Of a DNA stretch of 64,000 nucleotides, positions 1 to 13,383 are shown piece after piece. Below the pieces are notes generated by a model. The model was not told where the DNA came from, did no database searches, and saw only the letters and a program-made list of their open reading frames with translations. How positions within the stretch are numbered: position 1 is the first letter of the stretch; each line of letters opens with the position of its first letter. Origin of the DNA: Felis catus (taxonomy: Eukaryota); contig NC_058368.1 of NCBI RefSeq assembly GCF_018350175.1, positions 47,618,001 to 47,682,000 of the forward strand, given 5' to 3'. The translations under genes were made by a program, and so were the position numbers.

Positions 1-2709
1 CACAACTGATTCATATTCTGAATAATTTTAACTATCCAAATATTTCTGAAGATTTTATCACTGAGCTATCTGTGTGCCTTGAACAAGTGCCTAATGGGCA
101 TACTATTAATATCTCCTACCAGCTGGTGCCAGGCATTCGTCTCATGGTGAACCAGAGGGTTATTTTGAGGAAGTGCTTCTCAGGTCATCTAAACTGAGTG
201 AAGGGAAAGTAAGTCTAGATATCCAGAGAGGACGTTTATGTATTCCTTCAACATCTTTTATTGAGTACCTACTATATGCATAAAATTGAGCAGTGGCAAA
301 GAGGATCCCTCTTTTAGGGTCTGACACATATCCAAAGTTTGCAAAGTCTGTATTTCACTTTCAGTAGCTATTTGTAAAGAAGTCAATGGCTTCATTCTCT
401 GTTTAACTGATTTAAGATGAAAGCAATGTAACCTTTGAGAGAGTCTATATTTAATTCTTCACATTTAAAATTAAAGCAATAGAAACTGAAGGTGCATTAT
501 AAAACAACTCAATCAGAACGGCAAATGAAATGTTCGCATAATAAAGTTTTCATTATACATTAGTCTACGCCAAGATACATGAAAATTTCAAAGGAACTTA
601 CTTTTCAACTACTATACACTATACCATTCATACTAAGTTCAATGTGAAATCTCATACATTCAACAGCCAGGTTTAGGTACTTTAGGTTAACACTTAATTG
701 GAACAGATTTCTGATTATAAAAATATTATGTTTATTTTAGAAGATTGTTAGTAATCCTACCATCCAAAGGTAACCATTCAAAAATGTATAATAGATATAC
801 ATATGTCTTCTTTCATATTTAGGGTATTAAACATGGGAAGTTTAATATTTTTTCTTACAACTCCATCTTGAACGTTTCTTGTATCACTGAATAGTCTTCA
901 AAAAGATAATTTTTAATAGTTATCCAAACCTTTAATTGTTAGGCCTTCTGCTTTGAGTTTCATGTTGTTAATAAATTCAATAGTCACTGAAAATTTTCAT
1001 TGGTTACCTGTTGCTACTCAAGGTATATTATGAAATTAAAGTGAGAAAATGGATGCAAATTTCACCACACAGTCCCTGGCACATAGTGGGTTATTTAGGA
1101 AATGTTAACTGGTTATGCCAGTTAATGTTTCTTAGAGTAAATTACATAGTTGATTTTAGAGGAAAAGCTAGTGTTCCAAAAGCTTTAGGTACAATTTAAG
1201 GTTTTATTTAAAATCATTTTGTTTGAGAATTGTAATGAGACTTTTTAAAATAATTAGTCGAGACACTCCCCTGGACATGAAACCAGTTTTGAGATTTTTT
1301 TGATATCTGTCAATCAATCTTAAGACATATACTATAATGCCAGTTTCCTATAAAAAAAGTAGCAAAATTAGCTTTTGTAGTTTGAAAAATAACTCCCAAA
1401 AACTGTCTTTTAAGCACATTGTAATTATCAAATAAGCTTACTCACAGGTTGACGTTTCAGTGGAGATATGAACGATAACTAAATATCACATTAAACTCTT
1501 TCTGGGACAAAGTTGCAGTAAGTTAAAAGGGCTTATACAATTAAGTAGATTAAAATGAAATGGGCTCTTCTTGACGTGACTAAACTTGAAAATCTGAAGT
1601 AATGTTTTTGTTTCGGTCATGATTGTTTTGAAAATAGCAAACAAGATTTTCTGGTTACATGTTTTGGTTATGCTCTTTAACCTGCATCTTAATTGGGGAA
1701 CTGCCAGGCACTAGCGTGGTCTTAGTGTGCGCTTCTCTGTTTGCTTTGGCAGATCTGAATGAAGAGCCTTTTCTGAAGGTTTTTAAACCTTTCAAACTGC
1801 AAGATTTACTGCATACTCCAGACCTTTTGTTTTAGTTTCTGTCTAGTTTTATAAAGAGTGTTAAGTTGAAATTTTCACAGTACGCTGAACTTTATAATAA
1901 AGGAAAATATTAAAGCTGAGAAAACTTTTTTTTTCCTCTAGCAGACTTTTGTGTAAAATGAAAATTTTTCTCTCTTTCTTCTCACGTATGTGAGTTGTCA
2001 TTTTTGTCCTTGGGGAAAGTTGTTCTTATTTGGGTTTGTTTTTGGAATAGTCCTTTAAAAAGTTACAGCCATTCTATTCGTGATCAACTTGAGAGTTTAA
2101 ACCTATAGAAGAACCTAGAGAAAGTGTCATATGACTATAGATAATCAGCTTGAGACCATTATTTGGTTTTCAGTAATTACCAGTAGAGCAGGCAGTATAG
2201 GTGCCAACGTGAAGAGTTCTGAAGCTAGAGTCATTCTGGTACGTATGCCCCTTTTTTGGAACCTTTTTTTTTTTTTTTTTTTTTTTATGTCATACTAATA
2301 GAGATAAATCTCTGACCTCCTAAAATTGAAAAAGATCAAGGAGCCAAATGCTATTTCAGGCAAGTAACTAATTAGCAAGTAACTAAATAAATACAGATAT
2401 TTATTTAGAGTTTTGGTGATACTAAGAAAACCATGCCAAGATTGAAGGAATTGAGGCAGAACATCAATCCTCCATTGTGCTTTGACATCTCATACACAGA
2501 TGAAGATCTACCTTGTCCGTATCATCTGGGCTCTACTACTATGAAATTACGTAATAATCGGAAGTGCTACTTCCATTGACAGATCTAAGAGAATAAGTTT
2601 TATTTGGAGTCAAGAAGTGATGAGGGAGCTGAAAGATGACCTTGGTGGGATTATTCCCTGGCGGGAATAATTTTACCAGTAACAGGTGAAATTTTCGTTT
2701 AATATTTAT

Positions 2710-2932
2710 TTCTTTTTAATTTTTTTAAATGTTTACTTATTTGTTAGAGAGACAGAGACAGAGTGTGAGCGGGGGAGAGACAGAGATAGAGAAGGAGACA
2801 CAGAATCTGAAGCAGGCTCCAGGCTCCGAGCTGTCAGCACAGACCCCAACGCAGAGCTCAAACTCACAAACCACGAGATCATGACCTGAGCCGAAGTCGG
2901 TCACTTAACCGACTGAGCCACCCAGGCGCCCC
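2710..2932 (-). mobile_element. CanSINE (feliform SINEC)
   Basis: Reverse complement of GGGGCGCCTGGGTGGCTCAG head, CT tract and A tail; imperfect TSD atttc(g/a)tttaata. Confidence 0.9.
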
Positions 2933-4540
2933 ATTTCATTTAATACTTAAATGCAAAACTATAGTCTTGTAGCATTCATTTTTAGTTGATGTTGAACTTA
3001 ATCTTGGTACAGGTAGAATTCACAGTCACATGGCAGTTAATATAATTACAAAGAAGTATTGTTAAGTTGTACCTACTTTAGTGTCTCAACAGATAGCCTG
3101 TAAAAGCAAAGCTTTCTTGAGTTTAGTACATTCTGTACAAAATAAATAAATAACTAGCCTTTAGCAGGAGTCATTTTTCCCGACTGTATCCATAGTTACT
3201 TTTCATAAAGAACTTGGGAAGGACTTGTTTGCATTCTATGTGCATTGTGCTTAAGGAGATATAAACTCAGCCACATAGAGGAGAAATTCTTCATTTGTCT
3301 TGCTTTGAATTATAGTTAAAGTGAATTTCTTTCTTCCCACTTCTAACACCCCGGGTTTCTACACAGAATCTACCTGTGACACCCAAAACTAGTGAAAAAA
3401 TTGAATCAGTTATCAAAAATCTCCCCAACAAATAAGAGTCCTCGACCAGATGGCTTCCCTGGGGAATTCTACCAGACATTGAAAGCAGAGTTAATACCTA
3501 TCCTTCTCAAGCTGTTCCCAAAAATAGGAACAGAAGGAAAACTTCCAGACTCATTCTATGAAGCCAGCATTACCTTGATTCCCAAACCAGACAGAGACCC
3601 CACTAAAAAGGAGAATTTTAGACCAATATCCCTGACGAACATGAATGCAAAAATTCTCAACAAGATACTAGCAAATCAAATTCAACAGCATATAAAAAGA
3701 ATTATTCACCATGATCAAGTGGGATTCATTCCTGGACTGCAGGGCTGGTTTAATATTTGCAAATCAATTAGTGTGATACATCACATTAATAAAAGGAAGG
3801 ATAAGAACCATATGATCCTGTCAATTGATGTAGAAAAAGCATTTGACAAAATACAGCATACTTTCTAAAAACCCTCAAGAAAGTCAGGATAGAAGGAACA
3901 TACTTGAACATCATAAAAGCCATATATGAAAAGTCCACAGCTAGTATCATCCTCAATGGGGAAAAACTGAGAGCTTTCCCGCTGAGATTGGGAACACGAC
4001 AGGGATGTTCACTCTCACCACTGCTGTTTAACATAGTGATGGAAGTCCTAGCATCAGCAATCAGATGACAAAATGAAATAAAAGGCATCAAATTTGGCAA
4101 AGAAGAAGTCAATCTTCCACTTTTTGCAGACTATATGATACTCTACATGGAAAAGCCAAAAGACTGCTAGAACTGATACATGAATTCTGCAAAATCTCAG
4201 GGTACAAAATCAATGTACAGAAGTCAGTTCCATTTTTATACACCAACAATGAAGCAGCAGAAAGAGAATTAAAGAAACTGATCCCATTTACAGTTGCACG
4301 AAGAACCATAAAATACCTAGGAGTAAACCTAACCAAAGATGTAAAAGATCTGTATGCGGAAAATTATAGAAAGGTTATGAAGGAAATTGAAGAAGACACA
4401 AGAAATGGAAAAACACTCCATGCTCATGGATTAGAAGAATAAATATTGTTAAAATGTCAATACTACCGAAAGCAATCTACACATTCAATGCAATCCCAAT
4501 TAAAATTGTACCAGCATTCTTCTCAAAGCTAGAACAAACA

Positions 4541-4753
4541 GGGGCGCCTGGGTGGTGCAGTCGGTTAAGCGTCCGACTTCAGCCAGGTCACGATCTCGCG
4601 GTCTGTGAGTTTGAGCCCCACGTCGGGCTCTGGGCTGATGGCTCAGAGCCTGGAGCCTGTTTCCGATTCTGTGTCTCCCTCTCTCTCTGCCCCTCCCCCG
4701 TTCATGCTCTGTCTCTCTCTGTCCCAAAAATAAATAAACGTTGAAAAGAAAAA
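4541..4753 (+). mobile_element. Young SINEC_Fc-type SINE nested in L1
   Basis: Perfect 16-bp TSD AAAGCTAGAACAAACA (4525-4540, 4754-4769); CpG-rich. Confidence 0.95.
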
Positions 4754-6254
4754 AAAGCTAGAACAAACAATCCTAAAATTTTAATGGAAACACAAAAGAC
4801 CCCAAATAGCCAAAGTAATAATTAAGAAGACCAAAACGCGAGGCATCACAATCCCAGACTTTAGCCTCTACTAAAAGGTGTAATCATCAACACATTATGG
4901 TATTGGCATAAAAACGGACACATAGACCAATGGAATAGAATAGAGAACCCAGAATTGGACCCACAAATGAATGGCTAACTAGTCTTTGACAAAACAAGAA
5001 AGAGCATCCAGTGGGAAAAAAGACAGTCTCTTTAGCAAATGGTGCTTGGAGAACTGAACAGCAACATGCAGAAGAATGAGACTAGACCACTTTCTTACAC
5101 CATACACAAAAATAAACTCGAAATGGATGAAAGACCTAAATGTGAGACAGGAAACCATCAAAAACCTAGAGGAAAAAGCAGGCAACAACCTCTTTAACCT
5201 CAGCTACAGCAATTTCTTGCTCAACACATCTCTAAAGGCAAGGGAATTAAAACCAAAAATGAACTATTGGGGCCTCATCAAGATTAAAGGCTTCTGCACT
5301 GCAAAGGAAACAATCAACAAAACTAAAAGGCAACCAACAGAATGGGAAAAGATATTTGGAAATGACATATCAGATAAAAGGCTAGTATGCAAAATCTATA
5401 AAGAACTTACCAAACTCCACACCTGAAAAACAATCCAGTGAAGAAATGGGCAGAAGACATGAATAGACACTTTTCCAAAGAAGACATCCAGATGGCCAAC
5501 AGACACGTGAAAAGATGCTCAACATCACTCATCCTCAGAGAAATACAAATCAAACCCACACTGAGATACCACCTCACACCAGCCAGAGTGGCTAAAATGA
5601 ACAAATCAGGAAACTACAGATGCTGGCAAGGATGTGGAGAAACGGGAACCCTCTTGCACTGTTGGTGGGAATGCAAACTGGTGCAGCCGCTCTGGAAAAC
5701 AATGTGGAGACCCTACGACCCAGCAATACCACTACTAGGAATTTACCCAAAGGATACAGGAGTGCTAATGCATCGGGGTACATGTACCCCAATGATTATA
5801 GCAGTGCTTTCAACAATAGCCAAATTTTGGAAAGAGCCTAAATGTCCACCAACTGATGAATGGGTAAAGAAGATTTGGTTTATATATACAATAGAATAGT
5901 ACTTGACAATGAGAAAGAATGAAATCATGCCATTTACAGCAATGTAGATGGAACTGGAAGGTATTCTGAGTGAAGTAAGTCAGTCAGAGGATAGATATCG
6001 TATGTTTTCACTCATATGTGGAACTTGAGAAACTTAAGACCATTGGGGAAGGGAAGGAGGAAAAAAATAGTACAAACAGAGGGGGAGGGAGGCAAACCAC
6101 AAAAGACTCTTAAATACAGAGAACAAACTGAGGGTGGATGGCTGGCGGGGGGGGGGGGGCGGTGCACAGGTGTGAAGAGGGGAAAATGGGCAATGGACAT
6201 TGAGGAGGGCACTTGTTGGGATGAGTACTGGGTGTTGTATATAAGCCAATTTGA

Positions 6255-6460
6255 GGGGTACTTGGGTGGCTCAGTCAGTTAAGAGTGACTCAGATCATGA
6301 TCTCACGGTTTGTAAGTTCAATCCCCACATCGGGCTCTGTGCTGAAAGCTCAGAGCCTGGAACCTGCTTCAGATTCTGTGTCTTCCTCTCTCTCTGCCCC
6401 TCCCCTGCTCACGCTCTGTCCCTCTCTGTCTCCCAATAATAAATAAATGTTAAAAAAAAT
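6255..6460 (+). mobile_element. CanSINE nested in L1 3' UTR
   Basis: TSD TATAAGCCAATTTGA (6240-6254, 6461-6475). Confidence 0.92.
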
Positions 6461-7189
6461 TATAAGCCAATTTGACAATAAATTATATTTTTAAAAAAAG
6501 AATCTACCTGTGACACTAAATCATTCACTACAATATGCCACATTTAAAGATGTAGGAGGTTGAAGTATAAAAAAAAAAAAAAAGAAAAAAAGAAATGAAC
6601 TGGCATCTGTAATATTTGCCTTCCCTTATCAACTTTATGTATGTTTTTATTACTAGTTTAATGCTCAGTTGCTGAGCACTAGTCATACTTTAATATTGAA
6701 GCTCTGCAACCTAAGAATATGGTTTCTTGCAGTGTGTTCATGTAAACAAAATGCATTTACAGCAAAATTGATTAAGAAGGATTTATTCAGTGCTGCTTTC
6801 GTTAGTATACACCACAGGGGATAAGACCTTGTCTTCATGTAAGTAGCATCTTTTGGGAAAGAAAAGATTAACACATGTCAAAGAATATTAAGAAACATCC
6901 AAAAATGTATAATTTAGAGCTGTATTGTACGCTAGACTATGTCAGTCAGAGGAATAGAGATCAGTGAAGACTAGCATGATCAGAAATGGAGGAAGTAGAA
7001 CTTGCAAGGAGCCTTTAAGAAAAAATTGGATCTGTCAAGCAGTGAAATAGTCTGCCGTCTCTAGACGGGGAACCAACAGACGTATAGTGCAAGGAATATA
7101 TAAAACATGTTTATGGGACAGTAAGTGGAGTAGACATTAATGGAAAATAAGGTTGGTTCAGTTGACATTACAAAAGGCCTTCATATTTT

Positions 7190-7377
7190 TATTTTTTTAT
7201 TTATATTTTTTAATGTTTTTTAATATTTAATTTTGAGAGAGAGAGAGAGAGCACTAGTGGGGTAGGGCAGAGAAAGAGGGAGACAGAATCGGAAGCAGGC
7301 TCCAGCCTCGGCGCTGTCAGCACAGAGCCCGATGTGGATCTTGAACCCACAAACCACGAGATCGTGACCTGAGCCAT
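7190..7377 (-). mobile_element. 5'-truncated CanSINE
   Basis: T tail, (GA)n and SINE body present; head absent. Confidence 0.85.
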
Positions 7378-7724
7378 GTACTAGGGCATAAAGAAACAGG
7401 AGGTCTTATAAAGTTCAGTCATTCAACAGTTTATTACTGAACACCTACTTCCTTTGTACCAAATATTATTCAAGGTATTTTGAATACATTAGAGAACAAA
7501 ATAAATAAAAATTCTAGTCCTTGGAGAACTTTTCATTGTAGTTCATGAGAACTTAAATTTATACCAATCTTTCAAGAGAAATGTCTGAAAATCCGTAATG
7601 CACATGTGTTTTGACACAGTCATTATGCTTTCTGAGGAAATGGCAGTACAAGGTGTGCAAAGATAAACTTATGTAATTATTTAGAATTTTCTATAGCACA
7701 TAGCACTGCTGTGACTGCTATAAT

Positions 7725-8085
7725 TGGATTGTGTTTTTACTGTTGAGTTATAAGAGTTCTTTATTTTTCTAGATACGAGTCCCTTATCAGATAGGTATTT
7801 TGGAATGTTCTCTTCCATTTCATGGGTTATCTTTTCATTTTTTTAATGGTGTCTTTTGAAGCACAAAACTTTTTAATTATGATGCAGTCCACTTTATCTA
7901 ATTTTTCTTTTGTTGCTTGTGCTTTTGGTGCCATATCTGAGAATCCTTTATCTAAAGTCAGGAAGATTTACTCCTGTGTTGAAGACGTACTCCTGTGTTT
8001 TCTTCTAAGCATTTATATTTTAGTGTTTACATTTAGGTCTTTGACATACTTCAAGTTAATTTTTTTATGTCATGTAAGGTAAGGG
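7725..8085 (-). mobile_element. Old L1 (L1M-type) ORF2 3' fragment
   Basis: Antisense L1 motifs (tttaggtctttga, cccttatcagata). Confidence 0.75.
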
Positions 8086-9402
8086 CTGTGTACTATTTTA
8101 AATATGGCTACTAAAAATTTCTAAATTACATGTGGACTTGCATTATGTTTCTATTGGACAAAACTGACCTAGACCAACAGTCTCCAAACTTTTTGATATG
8201 ACTCCCTATTGGGGGAAAAAAATTGAACATTCACCCACCAATATATGTACATGTATTTATCTCTCAATTATATACATGACTATCCTATGAATAACATGTA
8301 TGTTAAAATACAAAACTACATAGAAAATTAACATTTAAAGACACTTAATAGTAAAATAAATATAAATAAAATTTCCCACACTTCAGTGGATTGTTTTGTA
8401 CGTAATTGCTTTTGGAGACCACCAGTCTGTGATCTTAACTTGATAATTGATTGGCTCAAATGTTCTTCCTTCTCCACCGTATTGATAGAGAACTCTCTCA
8501 AGTGCAGATCTGATCATGTTATGCCTACCGACTTAAGGATAAAATCCAAACTCAGCTTGTCATTTAAGGTCTTTCATATGTCCCTGCCTCTGTCTCTCTA
8601 GCTTCAGCCTTCACCACGAGCCATACATTTTATCAATCCACAGCATATCTCCCTGCACATCATCCTTTACCTATGCTTTTCTCTCTACCCAGAATGCTAT
8701 TTCTCTGCTTCCTCTCCAGATTACTATTAGTCTTCATTCCTCAGTGTGCCCTTTCTTATCATTTAGCACACTGTGGTAACTTATTTGTCCGTCTTCCTCA
8801 GGAGACTATCAGATCCTCCAGGGAGAAACTGTGTATTCCTGGTACCTATATAGGTTATGGGCTTTTAATAAATTTTTTTTTTAATGTTCATGAATATTTT
8901 GGTGAATGAGCTAGTAAACACATTTCTTCTAATTCAACCTGCTTTTCTACAGACATTGATATTTATGATCAAGAAAAAAATTCTAATTTTTGAATCATTT
9001 TTGTTTCATTGTAAATATGATAATGATCAAAAATTTTATTTCTCGTTTTTTCTGCATGTCCTAGATTTCACAATATTTTTGTTTGTGTTTTTTGTTTTTG
9101 TTTTGTTTCTGTAACATCCATAATCCATGGGCTAAATGTGTCATTTAGGGCAATCTAAGAACCTTAATACTTAGTACCATTTCTGAAATGTCTGTGAAGA
9201 AATGTGTTCTGCTGTCTTTACAATGACTTAGACGTAAATGTTTTAAATGTGATCAGTGCATCAATTGGAGACCAGTTATACCACCATGTCTTCTACATTA
9301 TAAATATTATGTATCATAAGTGATACCAACATTCATAGTAAAAGTCACAGTCATTCTTGTCAGCATCAGTTCTTAGAAAGTTTTTCTCAATAAAATAGTT
9401 CT

Positions 9403-9997
9403 TTTTTTTTTTTTAAATATTTATTTACTTGAGAGAGAGAGAGAGAGAGAGTGTCCTGGGGGCCAAGTGGGCCTAGGGGTTGGAGTAACCTGTGCCCATA
9501 GATACACTCCTTAGTTACCGGAGTGGGGCTTTCAAATCCATTTGTTCCTTCCTTGGCTGGAGTCTTTATAGGGGGTGGCAAGGGCTAAATGCAGGGCCAC
9601 ACAATTTCCTTGTGGAACCTTATTTCTTTCCCCAATGGTTCTTTTCTCAGGGGGCCTGTCGAGGGCAGTTCCCCAACAGACAATTCCCCAGCTACTTTTA
9701 TTAAGGCCAAATTACATAAAAGCAGGAGTACAAGAAGCTTCACTGTCGGTGGGCCGCCCTGCAGTCCCAATCCGTCCACCCCCCCGGGCCCTGCCTTCAG
9801 GCTGGTTGGATAGCTCAGCTTCCGGCAAGAGAGCGTGAGCTGGGGAGAGCAGAGAGAGAGGGAGAGAGAGAATCCCAAGCAGGCTCCGCACTCAGTGCAG
9901 AACTCAGTGCAGGGCTCGATCCCACAAACCGTGAGATCAAGACCAGAGCCCAAATCAAGAGTCAGCTGCTTAACCGACTGAGCCACCCACGTACCCC
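9403..9997 (-). mobile_element. CanSINE interrupted by a solo LTR
   Basis: TSD TCAATAAAATAGTTCT (9387-9402, 9998-10013); tail at 9403-9451, body at 9828-9997. Confidence 0.92.
9452..9827 (-). mobile_element. Solo LTR, 376 bp, probably ERV2/betaretrovirus-like
   Basis: TG...CA termini, apparent 6-bp TSD AGAGAG (9446-9451, 9828-9833), GC-rich. Minus-strand TATAAA (9565-9570) is followed 18 nt later by AACAAA (9541-9546). Confidence 0.8.
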
Positions 9998-10849
9998 TCA
10001 ATAAAATAGTTCTATATGCTAGTAATCAGAACAGTATAGAACACATTAGGAGCATTTTGAGGCCTCGTAAGATAGCTCCCTTCTATTTAAAGTTGATTTT
10101 CCTCAGTCAGAATCCCCAACCAAAATCAGGGCAATTTTTAGTAGAAGGAGGTAGCCCTGGTATTAGGGCTTAGGCACCAGCATGTCAAGAATTTCTCGAA
10201 TTCACTGTTTCATATCATGTGATATTTTGCACTGATAAATGGTATCACACCATATCTGCGTAAGAGCATTATTCAATTCCCAAACAAACCAAAAAGCACC
10301 CAAACCAAATGAGCTACTTGCTGTTATTAAACGTGATGTCTTCAAGTCATTATCGTCTTCAGAATGTTGGTAATGGGTGACCTTTGCATCTGATTATTTT
10401 TTCGCATCCTTTTTTCTTTCATTGAATGTCATCCGCAACTGTTTTCTGTGTAGTAGCCTTTGATTGTGTTATTGTTCTATTCTGAGCATGGCACAAACAT
10501 GGTCTGTACCTTCAACATCCATTTACTGAGAAATTAACTGTGTACAAAAAGACCCTCATCTTTCTGTGGGAGACTTATTCCTAACATTTATGAAGGATGA
10601 GGAAGAAAATGAAAATATGAGTGAAGATGACTCCAAGGATTTTTATTACCTTAGTAAAAAACAGAGTTAATGATATAAAATACTGATGTTTATGTATTAA
10701 AGCTGTAAACATAACATAAAATTAGCATTAAGACTTATTTGTAGAGATCTTATTTTAGGGTCAAATTTGAGAGAACTTGGCATATTTTAGATTGGGAGAT
10801 AGAAAATGGGGTAGCCATAAACCGTAAACACCTGTAAAATCTGTAAAGG

Positions 10850-11075
10850 AAGAAAATAGATTAGTGGTTCCCTAGGGCTGGCAGGAGGCTGGGGAGCAAT
10901 GCTAACAGGGAAATATTTCTTTTGTAATCAAAATATTCTAAAATTGGGTTACAGTGTTAGTTGTATAACTCTAAACATACTAAAAACCATTGAATTGAAC
11001 ACTTTAAATGGATGGACTTTATAATATGTAAATTACATAGCAATAAAATTATATGTCAGTAAAGCTGTATTTTAT
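10850..11075 (+). mobile_element. Old L1 (L1MB/MC-like) 3' UTR fragment
   Basis: gtggttccctagggctgg...aaaaccattgaattgaacactttaaatgg...aaagctg 3'-end motifs. Confidence 0.7.
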
Positions 11076-11102
11076 TTAAAAAAAAAAAAAAAAAGATTGT
11101 CA

Positions 11103-11319
11103 GGGCACCTGGGTGGCTCAGTCAGTTAGGCATCCAACTTCGGCTCGGGTCATGATCTCATGGTTCGTGAGTTTGAGTCCCGCATCAGGCTCTGTGCTGA
11201 CAGCTCGGAGCCTAGAGCCTGCTTCAGATTCTGTGTCTCCCTCTCTGTCTGCCCCTCCCCAGTTCACACTCTATCTCTCTCTCTCAAAAATAAATAAATG
11301 TTAAAAAAAAATTTTAAAT
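11103..11319 (+). mobile_element. CanSINE
   Basis: Full body; TSD GATTGTCA. Confidence 0.9.
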
Positions 11320-11653
11320 GATTGTCAAAAAATAAGGACTGTGTATTTTCTGCCTCTAACTTTAGCTGATTAAGACAAAATCTTATGCCAGTTGGAAAGA
11401 TAGAAATTTAGAAATGAGCATATCTAAACAAACTCCCCAGTTTGCTGTATAAACTTTTATCAGAACTCATCTTTTTCATTTGGAATAATAACAAGGCCTT
11501 AGAAATGGATGTATAGGATGATGTTTAGCATTATTTTCAGAATTTTTTGTCTGCATTCCTTTATCCAAGATTAGGAAATATTTAAAAATATAATGGAATT
11601 GTTCCTGTTCCACATATAAATAAAATAATTTTCTTTAAAATGAAAATATTTTA

Positions 11654-11845
11654 GGGACGCCTGGGTGGCTCAGTCGGTTGAGCGTCCGACTTTGGCTCAG
11701 GTCATGATCTCACAGTTCGTGAGTTTGAGCCCTGTGTTGGGTTCTGTGCTGACAGCTCGGAGCCTGGAGCCTCCTTCGGGTTCTGTGTCTCCCTCTCTGT
11801 CTGCCCCTCCCCTGCTCATGCTCTGTCTCTCTGTCTCAAAAATTA
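11654..11845 (+). mobile_element. CanSINE
   Basis: Full body; TSD AATGAAAATATTTTA. Confidence 0.9.
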
Positions 11846-12744
11846 ATGAAAATATTTTATGCCATGTCATTATATAACGTCTTGGCCTCTCAGATTCCAT
11901 AGCTTTTGCAATTCAGTAGATTAATTCATATAGAATATGAAAATATGATAAATAAGAAATTATTAATTTTTAGAATCACAGACAGGGTCTTTGGAGCAAC
12001 ATGTCTTCTCAACAGTATTAGCAGTTCTTTAAAGAATTCTACCACTTTTTTTTCCCCCTAGTTGTTAGGAGGAATGATTTTATAACTGAACTTTTTTTTT
12101 AATTGTGTCTTAAAAATGGAATTGGGGTATTTCATGTTTAATGTGATGTTAAATACTAAAGGTTACACTCTGTACAGTAAGCTGTGATCATGTGATAGTC
12201 AAAGGGTGATCTTTTACTACTGAGACATTCCCCATTTTTCATGCATCTTTTTCATCTCTACTTTCAATAGAAACTCTATTCAGTTGTTTTTTGTATTATA
12301 AAATGCATTAGGTTGTGTGAGGGAAACACTGAAGCTTTTCAAAGTGCAGGCTTATTATTGTTTCAACTAATTGCCTGATTTGTTTGTAAATGGGAAATTT
12401 TTATAAAAATGGAGAAAGCTGTAAATTGCTGTCTGTGGGCTTTTCAAGCAAGTATAATGTAACTCTACTTTTATAGCAAGGGCTAGAAGCCATTACTGCA
12501 GTAATCAATGTATCACAGTTATATTATTATGGAGATTTTAATGTTACTTTCAAAATTCTGTGCTGTTTGGATATTGGTCTTCCACTGTTGACACCTGATA
12601 ATATTTGACTCCATATTTTTTCTGTAAATATTTAAGAATTACTAGGAAATGGTAAGTCAATTTTTAAGCACACAAACACATTTTTAATATCTTAGATAAC
12701 ATTCCTCTTTTTTAAGCATTAATTTTCTTACTTCATTCCGTTAG

Positions 12745-12847
12745 TGTCCACTTGGCAAGAAGAGTGCTTCAGTTAGAAAAACAAAACTCACTGGTTTTAA
12801 AAGACCTGGAACATCAAAAGGACCAAGTAACACAGCTTTCACAAGAG
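12745..12847 (+). CDS. PIBF1: PIBF1 internal coding exon, 103 bp (likely ortholog of human exon 14)
   Basis: Pyrimidine tract + TTAG acceptor (12741-12744) and GTAAAT donor at 12848. Encodes (S)[34 protein letters not shown], recognised as the PIBF1 C-terminal coiled coil. Phase 2->0. Exon number from memory. Confidence 0.96.
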
Positions 12848-13180
12848 GTAAATAACTTAAACAAAAGAAACATATATAAAGAATCACAGTGTTCATTTTA
12901 ATTCTCTGTTACTCCTTTGTCTGTCTTCTGAGCAGTTTTCAAATAAGCTGTTTGCTAGTACAAAATGATGTTACAACGTACAAAACTAACCTACTGTTAA
13001 AGCCTTATAAAACATCGTGCAGTGTATGGTAAAACTAAGATCAAAAAAGAGATTAAATGCCCAGACTAAATATAAATGCAGACTAGACAGGCGGAGCTTT
13101 GATTTCTGAGAGTATCAACTGGCAAAACGGGTTTGGCGATTTTAGGTGGCATTTTGAGTTTTTTAATAAAACCTCATCTT

Positions 13181-13383
13181 AAAAATTTTTTCTTAAATTT
13201 TAATTCCAGTGTGGTTAACATGTACTGTTATCTTAGTTTCAAGTGTACAGTATAGTGATTCAACACTTCCATACGTTACTCAGTGCTCATCAAAATAAGT
13301 ATACTCTTAATCCCCTTCACCTATTCCCCCATCCTCCCCCACCACCCCCCCCCCACCCACTTCCCCTCTGGTAGCCATCTGTT
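13181..13383 (-). mobile_element. Very short 5'-truncated carnivore L1 (3' UTR only)
   Basis: TSD TAAAACCTCATCTT (13167-13180, 13384-13397); C-rich antisense L1 3' UTR. Confidence 0.85.

Larger units (their letters stand above)
3383..6498 (+). mobile_element. 5'-truncated LINE-1 (carnivore/felid); decayed ORF2 RT and C-terminal region plus 3' UTR
   Basis: ORF fragments [15 protein letters not shown]...[12 protein letters not shown] and [18 protein letters not shown] with stops and frameshifts. 18-bp TSD AGAATCTACCTGTGACAC at 3365-3382 and 6499-6516. Confidence 0.95.

Noticed and set aside
2650..2671. 9-bp hairpins (also 26372-26393 and 30180-30201)
   Set aside because: Short stems can arise by chance in 64 kb and have no supporting context.
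4454..4744. Recurrent small ORFs such as MAQSV...SLSLSQK and [13 protein letters not shown]
   Set aside because: These are chance translations of SINE bodies and CT/GA tracts, found wherever a SINE lies.
9565..9702. Deltaretrovirus-like LTR (AATAAA upstream of TATA on the minus strand)
   Set aside because: The AATAAA at 9697-9702 is about 125 nt from the TATA, and only about 110 nt follow the TATA, too little for a long structured delta R region. A beta-like layout fits better.
9387..10001. ORFs of 64-138 aa over the LTR
   Set aside because: No retroviral or cellular motifs; expected in GC-rich sequence fused to SINE frames.
1..12744. Upstream PIBF1 exon
   Set aside because: The expected upstream peptide (recalled as ...FSYGYGANVPTTAKRRLKQ) was not found. 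The acidic-looking stretch near 10590-10640 does not match, so the exon probably lies before the window.
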